Assembly (NCBI GenBank): GCA_002307295.1
Contig: DBTY01000052.1
Location: 24,714 to 88,713, forward strand
Length of the DNA: 64,000 nt
Reading direction: 5' to 3'
From: Ignavibacteriales bacterium UBA1304
GTDB lineage: Bacteria > Bacteroidota > Ignavibacteria > Ignavibacteriales > Ignavibacteriaceae
The notes under the pieces are model-generated. The model was given only the letters and a program-made list of their open reading frames with translations. It was not told the origin of the DNA and ran no database searches. The first letter of the stretch is position 1. Each line of letters begins with the position of its first letter. Below are positions 9,301 through 16,400 of the stretch, one piece after another. Made by a program: the position numbers and the translations under genes.

Positions 9301-10044
9301 ATTAAGCCAGTCGGGCATAACTTCAGTGTCGTTATTCAGGAAGAGCACATATTCCGCGTCTGAATGACTAACGCCGATATTATTCCCGCCGATAAAACCC
9401 ACGTTGGAATTAATGCGCACGTATTTAAGCCTTTTGCCAAATGTTTCAAGATATTCTGGCGTTTCGTCAACCGAAGCGTTATCTACGGCAATGATTTCAT
9501 AATTCGGATATTTTGTATTTTTAAAAATTGAAGCGATGCATTTTTTAGTAAATTCAACTTTGTTATAACAGAGCAGTATTATTGATATTTTAGGAAATTT
9601 ATTCTCCTGATTCTGCGGCTTAATAACATCAGGCTGGCTTAAAATAAAATCTAATTTATTATCAACGTTAAATTCTATTTTTTTCGCGGCATCTAACAGA
9701 TAATCTATTATCTGCGGATGATTTTCGGTTTCTTTAGAAAATCTATCATAAAGCATAAAAGCTGATTTGTAATCGCCTTCTTTCTCATATATATTAGCTA
9801 AATAAAAAAGCGAATATAAATTAGCCCGGTCTACCTGCAGCGCGTTGAGGAAGAATTCTTTAGCGGCGGAAAAGATTTCTTTGTGATAATAAAGTCTTCC
9901 AATGCAAAAAAGATTTTCTGCCATTTCAGCGCCGTTAAGCTTGCGGAGTTTAATATCATCCAAAAGCGCAGTCGCCGAGTTTTCATATTTATCGTTGTTA
10001 ATTAGCGATTGAAGTTTGTTAAGCATATCCTCTGTTAAAGGCAT
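6388..10044 (-). CDS. Multidomain glycosyltransferase: TPR - GT2 - GT4-like (GT-B) - GT2 - TPR
   Basis: aa ~40-105 are TPR-like. GT2 no.1 (aa ~152-375) has ISIILLCYN, AVDNASVDET, FLNNDT, FEDTDLC. The GT-B/GT4-like region (aa ~417-795) has FVGNFNHNPNEDA, RFGAGMKGKVGQSLSHGLPMVSTSIGAEG. GT2 no.2 (aa ~816-1035) has VSIILVTFN, LIDNASSDDT, ILNNDT, FEDDDYC. The C-terminal TPR-like region is aa ~1085-1205. Confidence 0.8.
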   Translation of the reverse strand: MPLTEDMLNKLQSLINNDKYENSATALLDDIKLRKLNGAEMAENLFCIGRLYYHKEIFSAAKEFFLNALQVDRANLYSLFYLANIYEKEGDYKSAFMLYDRFSKETENHPQIIDYLLDAAKKIEFNVDNKLDFILSQPDVIKPQNQENKFPKISIILLCYNKVEFTKKCIASIFKNTKYPNYEIIAVDNASVDETPEYLETFGKRLKYVRINSNVGFIGGNNIGVSHSDAEYVLFLNNDTEVMPDWLNNLYNIFVYYPDAGGAGSKLIFANKKLQEAGGVIFNDATGWNYGRNGEIIDARYNFAREVDYCSGASLMVKRSLFNQLDGFDYRFAPAYFEDTDLCFGIRKLGYKIYYCPSSHVIHYEGVTNGTDVTVGLKRYQIINAPKFIEKWQSELALQYPNAPKLLYQFSNRKQGKRILIIDDIPPLPDRASGALRHYNTLKQLIDLDCQVTYAHMMGKQYSDEKAAEYFHDFEMQGVEFHWFNYESWWGIRNTPSVQPILKELIGSLELKARKFDFVYIAFWHIADYFIDLIRNEIPDTPVIIDSVDIHYLREQRRAYLLKDNNLLNEAALTKQRELALYTKSDCVLTVTAQDKDVLKKDLADKAVFVIPDVHDARDSASGFDERKDFIFVGNFNHNPNEDAVFYFVNEIFPLIKKGLTDVKFYIVGNNPTERITALSSDDIIVTGWVPEVEPYLNKCRVTVTPLRFGAGMKGKVGQSLSHGLPMVSTSIGAEGMNIINGVHSFITDDPKEFAQKAILLYTDKSLWESFSAKGKELISSQFSSAMMRKRLQHLLSFTSRKDFKTSRALAYSEPPIVSIILVTFNQFNYTKECIESVKLYTKLNYEIILIDNASSDDTIAQVKHIYPEIRVIANAENLGFPAAVNQGIKAAMGSYVLILNNDTVVTKGWLERLIDVAESDPHIGVVGPISNSVSGAQFDSQAKYSSIKEMELYAQNAKTKNAGVITQFPRLAFLCTLIKRRTFEELGGLDERFSPGNFEDDDYCLRAQLAGYKAVIAADVFIHHYGSKSFKSDGENNYAERLKINGEIFADKWGASPDEIWIKGKEFKTCPIKYPLNNDTFIEAFERAIAYAEEQKFTYANKWFKIAAETFHVSNRRNYKLDYPDVVNLAGNIALVSGELDAAKDYFSEELKLVPSSSRACAGLGEAFYSAGIFDSSKTMFEWGVKNSPSNKSAIEGLAKVNAKLGFAPEHNTLAEE

Positions 10045-10076
10045 AAATATAATTCCTGAGTAATTTGTTTATCTAA

Positions 10077-11021
10077 TTATTTTCGGTAAAGACTACAATA
10101 GTAATCTGCCGCATCGTCCCATGCGTCTGATTCTTTCCATCTTTTTGCTATGCGTGCGGCGTTATTAAAATTTATTCTTTTTAGCGGTTCGGAAAAATCT
10201 GTTTGTTCATTTAATTCAAATTTACATTTAATATTTAATCTTTTAGAAAGCTCCTTTGCAAAACGGGATGTGAACTTCCATTGGCTTTCCGTATAGCCGC
10301 TCGGATTAATTTTAACTATCTGTTTTTTTGATGAAATAAACTCGCTTACAAAATAATTATAAACCTCTGCCAGCAAACTAATGTGAATGTTATCTCTGAT
10401 ATAATCAGGAGTATTGACGCCGGGCGTTTTATCTTCAAACCAGTTTTTAACCAGATAATTTGTAAACCGCGGTTCCTCAAAAGGACCGAACGGATTTGGT
10501 ATAACAAACTTGCCGAGTTTAACATTTTTAATCCTGCAGTAATATTCAAATATCTGCCAGGTTAAACCTTTTGAAAAACCATAAGGAGAAAACGCTGCGA
10601 GCGGTTTATTCCCTTTCCCTTCGTTTTGTTCAAATACGCTTCCGGTAAGTATAACGCCTCTGATTTTGCCTTCGTTAATTATATCAAGCGTTTGAGAAAG
10701 ATTATGAGTATTATTTTGTATGGCGGAGTTAACGTCAAACTCAAAACTTTTATAATTTCTTACATCAGCCGCATGATGACATAAAAGATCAAAGCCGCTT
10801 GCGCTTTCTAAAAGGCGCAAAAAATTATTATCTCCAAACGAGCAGTTAAAAACAGGTCTGCTAATTCTCACTATCCTCAAGACTCGCTCTTTGCGAATCC
10901 CTTCATAGTCGTCCGGTTTGTTTTTGGTAAAGGTCGTATAAACATTATGTCCGGCTTCAGAAAGAGTTTTTACAAACCAGTAGCCGGTAAATGAAGATGC
11001 GCCTGTGAATAAAATGTCCAT
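10077..11021 (-). CDS. NAD-dependent epimerase/dehydratase/reductase (extended SDR)
   Basis: N-terminal Rossmann motif ILFTGASSFTGYW and catalytic YGFSK (YxxxK). The reaction step cannot be assigned by eye. A 4-reductase role is inferred only from its position after the RmlC-like gene. Confidence 0.7.
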   Translation of the reverse strand: MDILFTGASSFTGYWFVKTLSEAGHNVYTTFTKNKPDDYEGIRKERVLRIVRISRPVFNCSFGDNNFLRLLESASGFDLLCHHAADVRNYKSFEFDVNSAIQNNTHNLSQTLDIINEGKIRGVILTGSVFEQNEGKGNKPLAAFSPYGFSKGLTWQIFEYYCRIKNVKLGKFVIPNPFGPFEEPRFTNYLVKNWFEDKTPGVNTPDYIRDNIHISLLAEVYNYFVSEFISSKKQIVKINPSGYTESQWKFTSRFAKELSKRLNIKCKFELNEQTDFSEPLKRINFNNAARIAKRWKESDAWDDAADYYCSLYRK

Positions 11022-11023
11022 AA

Positions 11024-11569
11024 TTATTTCAGATGATAGTTTTCGTTAAAGTCAGGGTGATTTTTATCTTTCTCCGATATAATTACCGGTTGAATAGGCC
11101 ACTTAATATTAATCGCAGGGTCGTTCCAGCGCAAGCCTCTTTCGTATTGCGGAGCGTAAAACTCCGTTACTAAATAAAACGCTTCGGAGTTGTCGGTTAA
11201 CGTTATAAACGAATGCGCAAAGCCTTTGGGAACATAAAGCATTGTACGGTTGTCCTCGTTGAGCTCCACGCCGAACCATTTTAAAAACGTATCGGATTCT
11301 TTTCTTAAGTCAACGATAACATCGTAGAAAGAACCTTTGAGGCATCTGATTATTTTAGTCTCCGCTTTAGGAGCTAATTGGTAATGTATACCGCGGAGAG
11401 TCCCTTTATCTTTGCTGGTAGAATTATTTATCTGGACAATCTTATTATCAAGTCCAAGTTTTTCAAATTCATTAACGCAAAAGAAACGGGCAAAAAAACC
11501 TCTATCGTCTCCGCGTTTTTCAAGGTCAATTGTATAAGCCCCTTTAAGAGGCGTTTCAGTAAAAATCAT
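11024..11569 (-). CDS. NDP-4-dehydro-6-deoxyhexose 3,5-epimerase-like cupin (RmlC/RfbC family)
   Basis: RmlC-family pattern: TPLKGAY, DDRGFFARFF, LRGIHYQ, KIIRCLKGSFYDVIVDLR, VPKGFAHSF. Size ~180 aa. Confidence 0.8.
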   Translation of the reverse strand: MIFTETPLKGAYTIDLEKRGDDRGFFARFFCVNEFEKLGLDNKIVQINNSTSKDKGTLRGIHYQLAPKAETKIIRCLKGSFYDVIVDLRKESDTFLKWFGVELNEDNRTMLYVPKGFAHSFITLTDNSEAFYLVTEFYAPQYERGLRWNDPAINIKWPIQPVIISEKDKNHPDFNENYHLK

Positions 11570-11584
11570 TTTTTAATAGTCCTT

Positions 11585-12574
11585 CTATTTTAATCTTTCT
11601 TTCAGCGCTTTTAGGCGGATATATTTTGAGCCTTCAAAATCAGCCAGGCTGAATTTATTTTTTATGAATTTTTTGTGAAGCTCTTCCATCCCAGAATCAA
11701 GGTTATAGGAAAGTTTAAAATTTGGAAGCAGCTTATACAGCAGATCAAAATTCACCCTGTAATTTCTTGGATCGGAACCAACCTCTCCTGTAAAAACAAC
11801 GTTAGCGTTTGGAATAAGTTTCTTTACTTTATTAGCCACGTCCTTTACCTGATAGTTTTCTGAGTTCGCGCCGATATTTATCGAGCGGTTATGCACGTCT
11901 TCTCTGGGAGCTTTAGCCAAAGCTATAAAAGCTCTTGCAATATCGCGGCAGTGAATAAGCGGACGCCATGGCGTTCCGTCGCTCATAATCCTAATATCTC
12001 CGCGCGTAAACGCGCACGCCAAAAGATTATTAACTACAAGGTCAATTCTTAACATAGGGGAATATCCATAAGCGGTTGAATTCCTTAAAATGATTGGAGA
12101 AAAATCAGCGTCGGCAAGTTTTTTAATTCCGGTTTCAGCGTCAACTTTGGAAATTGCGTAAGCTGAAACAGGATTAAAATTAGCCGATTCGTCTAAATCT
12201 AATTTTTCGCCTTTGCCATAAACAGAGCAGCTGCCGGCAAATAAAAACCGCCCAACTCCAGCATGTTTAGCCATTTTGGCCAGATTAATAGACCCGTTTC
12301 TGTTAATATTGTAAGTGAGCGATGTGTTAATATCGCCCATTGGGTCGTTTGATATAGCGGCTAAATGCATAACGCAATCGTAGCCTTCTAAATCGTCAGG
12401 CGTAAGCGTTCTTATATCTTTATCCAATTCGATATCCGCTTTTACAAGAGGTTCAAATTCGCAGCCTTCATAAAAGGAAAGGTCGCATCCGGTGACGCTA
12501 TGCCCTTCCTGTTTTAGTAAATCAACTAAATGGCTGCCAATATATCCTTTGTGTCCGGTTACAAAAACTTTCAT
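11585..12574 (-). CDS. NAD-dependent epimerase/dehydratase family protein (GalE-like extended SDR)
   Basis: ATG at 12574 (MKVFVTGHKGYIGSHL) preferred to the upstream ATG at 12619, which would overlap rfbF. GSCSVYG ... YAISK catalytic Ser/Tyr/Lys. Lacks the acidic dyad or SDKCY signature of NDP-hexose 4,6-dehydratases. Confidence 0.75.
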   Translation of the reverse strand: MKVFVTGHKGYIGSHLVDLLKQEGHSVTGCDLSFYEGCEFEPLVKADIELDKDIRTLTPDDLEGYDCVMHLAAISNDPMGDINTSLTYNINRNGSINLAKMAKHAGVGRFLFAGSCSVYGKGEKLDLDESANFNPVSAYAISKVDAETGIKKLADADFSPIILRNSTAYGYSPMLRIDLVVNNLLACAFTRGDIRIMSDGTPWRPLIHCRDIARAFIALAKAPREDVHNRSINIGANSENYQVKDVANKVKKLIPNANVVFTGEVGSDPRNYRVNFDLLYKLLPNFKLSYNLDSGMEELHKKFIKNKFSLADFEGSKYIRLKALKERLK

Positions 12575-12587
12575 AATAATTACTCCG

Positions 12588-13382
12588 TTAAATAACTTTC
12601 CATGGCGCATTTCCGGCATTCCATAACGAGTTGAGATAATCGCGGTCGCGCTGAGTATCCATGCAGCTCCAGAAGCCTTTGTGCTTGTACATATTTAATT
12701 CTCCATCTTTAGCCAATCTGACTAACGGTTCTTTCTCAAGGACGCATTCATCGTCTTTAGAAAGATACTTAAGAAATTCTTTTTTGAAGAAAAAATATCC
12801 TCCGTTAATCCAATTGTCTGTAAAGTCTGGTTTTTCGGCAAATTCAAGAACTTTGTCGTCGTCCAATTTAATTTCGCCAAAACGGGAAGGCGGATTTACG
12901 CCAAGGACGGTTCCGGTTTTGTTGTTTGAAAAATGATAATAATATTCTTCGCCTAGATTAGCGTCAGTCAGACCGTCGCCATAAGTAACCGCAAAATGAT
13001 CTGCAGCGCCAAGATATTTTTCCGCCGCTCTGGCAATGCGGGCTCCGGTCATTGTATACTCGCCTGTATAAGCAAGCGTAACTTCCCAATCTAAATTGTG
13101 ATCTATCGAGTGCACTGTTACGTTATTGCTTTTAAGGTCGACGGTAAAATCGCTGTTGAGCGACGTATAGTTAAGGAAATAAGATTTAATTATTTCCGAT
13201 TTAAAACCCGTGCAAAGAACAAATTTTATAAATCCATATTTCCTGTAATATTTCATAATATGCCAAAGCACCGGGAAATTGCCTATCGGTACCATTGGTT
13301 TTGGACGGAACTCAGTTTCTTCTTTCAATCTGGTCCCTAGGCCTCCGCATAAAATAAATACCGGAATTTCATTAATTGTCAT
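12588..13382 (-). CDS. rfbF: Glucose-1-phosphate cytidylyltransferase
   Basis: Near full-length by-eye alignment with Salmonella/Yersinia RfbF/DdhA: ILCGGLGTRLKEET..PKPMVPIG..P.LWHIMK.Y, TGARIARA (cf. TGGRLKR), TYGDGLTD, PPSRFGEI, EKP, INGGYFF, GFWSCMDTQRD, LW..G.APWK. Confidence 0.9.
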   Translation of the reverse strand: MTINEIPVFILCGGLGTRLKEETEFRPKPMVPIGNFPVLWHIMKYYRKYGFIKFVLCTGFKSEIIKSYFLNYTSLNSDFTVDLKSNNVTVHSIDHNLDWEVTLAYTGEYTMTGARIARAAEKYLGAADHFAVTYGDGLTDANLGEEYYYHFSNNKTGTVLGVNPPSRFGEIKLDDDKVLEFAEKPDFTDNWINGGYFFFKKEFLKYLSKDDECVLEKEPLVRLAKDGELNMYKHKGFWSCMDTQRDRDYLNSLWNAGNAPWKVI

Positions 13383-13437
13383 TTTAACTCCTGGCAGTAA
13401 TTAATCCGCAAAAACAAGCGATTCGTTTTTAGAATAA

Positions 13438-16400
13438 TTACCAATTTGTTAACGCAAGAACATTTTCTTTAGTTAGTATTCTAAATAAATTTTCATTTAA
13501 TAAATAATTTTGCAAATGAGAATTGTCTACATTTAACGAACTGTTATTCCCGCCGCATTCGTTGCAGTAGGGAATATCTTTTGTCTCCAAATCTTCAATT
13601 TCTTCTTTATAACTTTTATTGTCGGAAAAACTTTGTCTTGCTAAAAAGTACATGCTGGAATTAAACAGCTCCTCGCTGGAATTATGCTTCAGCAAACCAG
13701 GGAAAATAAGATTCCTGTTTTTTGTAGGAGGCGCGCAGCAGGGAATAATATTCCCGTGAGCGTCCATAACAATATTCTTGTATAGCCATTCGCATGTATA
13801 TTTATTTTCGGGCTCGCTTTTGCTTAATTCATTTTGCGGAAAACTGTTGAGCAAGGTCGTCCATGTTTTTTCCGGCTGATAATTTAATTCCACATTATTA
13901 TGAGACTCTTTTTCCCATTTATCAGAGCTGTTGTTCCAGTTGCGCAGAAAGCTAATCCGCTTGCTTAAGCTTTTTACCTCAGCCGGAATTGTAATTTCAG
14001 GATCGGCGGCGCTGACGTCAAAAGGCGTTGCAAGATTTATTTCGTCAATCCCAATTTCTTTGGCAGTATTTACTGCTAAATCTATTTCGTGTTTATTGTG
14101 GTTAAATATTAAAAACTGCCAGACTAAAGTAGGCTTGGATAAACCGTACTTCTTTTTGGCTTCAACAAGCTTTTTCATATTCTCCATAACAAGCTCAAAC
14201 TTTCCGCCTTTTCTGTATTTTTCATAAGTCTTTGCCGAAGCTCCGTCTACTGAAAAGACTAGATAATCCAATCCGGAATTAACGATAGCTTCCGCGTCTA
14301 TAGGCAGCGATAGGTTAGTAGAAAGAGAAGTAAATAGTTTGTATTCCTTTGCAAGGGCAATGAACTCAGGCGTTTGTTTATTGATAAATGGTTCGCCGTA
14401 ATTAAAAAATAAAATATGAGTAGCGTAAGGGCCAAAGCTATTCAGGTATTTTTTATACGTCTCTAGAGATAGCAGCCCATTTTCCCAAAGGAAATCTTTT
14501 TTATCCTGAACGTCGTGCAAACATCCGGGGCAGTGCAAATTGCATCCGTTTGAGGGATCAAGTAGCAGACCGAACGGCTTTGCAAGCATATAATTATGTT
14601 TTCTGAAATACTGATATTTTAATACAAGTAAGTTTGTAATTTTAGCAATAAATAAATTAGCGTCGGTAGCAGAACTAAAAGAGCCTTTTAGCGCCTGCGT
14701 AAGATTATCAGTTAATTTATCAATATGATCGATGAACGAAAAAATATTTCCTGCGCTATAAGTCATAATATCAGCTTCATGTATTATGTTATTAACGTAA
14801 AGCGCATTATCAATAGGCGCATTGATATTTCCGTTTAAGGCAAATACGTATTCAATATTTTCTTTTGCCGCAATATTTCCTGGATCGGCTAACAAAGCTT
14901 TGTTAAAATAACGTAAAGCCTCGTAAGGATTATTTTCTAATATCTCAATTATACCCATATCATTTAGCGCGTCCGGATTATCCGGAGCTATGCTAAGAAG
15001 TTTATCTAATATTTTTCTTGCTCCGCTAAAATTTTTCTGAACTAATATCTTTTCCGCTTCGACAATCATTTTTTGAATATCGTTTTTCCTGAAAGCCTGG
15101 AAGTTAAATGCATCCTTCGTTAAGTCCTTATCATCGTTCTTATTTTTAGGGATAACCGGGGCGGCGGTTTTACTGCAGGGAATAATTTCAGCTTTTAGCG
15201 ATTTAACATAAACTGACAACTCGCGCAGATCGCTATTAATATTTAAATCGCGCGGGATAAAACTACCTGAAGATTCAATCGTAATTTCATATTCCGGCTC
15301 TGTGCCGTCAATTGCTATTTCAACCGGCGCGGTTTGGTAATTATTTTTTAACTCAATTTTATTTGTAACGACGTCGTTAACTTTTATAGTTATTACAAGC
15401 GGAGACGTTTTGTAACAGGCCATGGCCATATTTGTCACAGTAAACGAAATTACTGCCGCATTGTTTAGCGTAATGAAAAATTTTCCTTTTTTTGCAATCC
15501 ATCTGATACCGTTTTCTTCCGGATAAAACCCTTCTGCAAATGCGCAGCTAATTCCGCTTTCTTTATCCGAAATAATTTCTGAAGGTTTTACAATGTATTT
15601 GTTCCATGCAATTATTGATTTCAGGACAAAATTTTCTGAGAAATCCATTCCATCCGCTAGGCATTTTTCTATTTCTTTCTTCCAGCGCCATGTAATTAAA
15701 TCAGACTGCCAATAATCGGGAGAAAAATGGTAAGGATAAAAAACTCCCCCGTTCATGTCTCTGCTTTTTAAAAGAGTATAATGCCGTTCTAAAATATCAG
15801 CTCTTGTTTTTAAAACCGGGGAGTAAAACGAACGAACGTCTTTATTAATCATAAATGAAGTACGTATTCGTTTGCCCAATTCGCTTTCAGTATTTGAGTG
15901 GCTGATTATGCTGGACAAAAACTCTGCCGGTAAAACCGAGCATGCATACCCATGTCTTTCAAGCAAAGCATCGGAAAGGTACTTTGCGGTATTGGCGCTC
16001 CAGTCGCTAATGAAAAAAACTTTTCCTGCGTAAACGCCTGCAAATCTATCCGGGCTTTTAACCGTATAACCAAGCTGAACTAATTTATCTTTTAACAGAA
16101 AAATCAATTCATACATGATTGTTTCGGCCTCGGCAAAAAGCGGCTGCAACTGTTCCAGATTTTCTGTTTCTGAATAAGTAAACCAATTCTTAAACAGCTG
16201 AACAGAGTTATTAATAAAAGCGCCGACGCGGTCAGGCAGAACAATTTTGTTCATCTCCATTATTTTAACAGAAAGAGAAAGCGATTTCATTCGCATAAGA
16301 TGATTTCTTACAGATAATTCCTTCTTTTGCATTTCTTCCATAAACTCAATCGGGAATTCCATCAGAAATAGTTCGACTAAATTAATCAACTGATTTTCAG

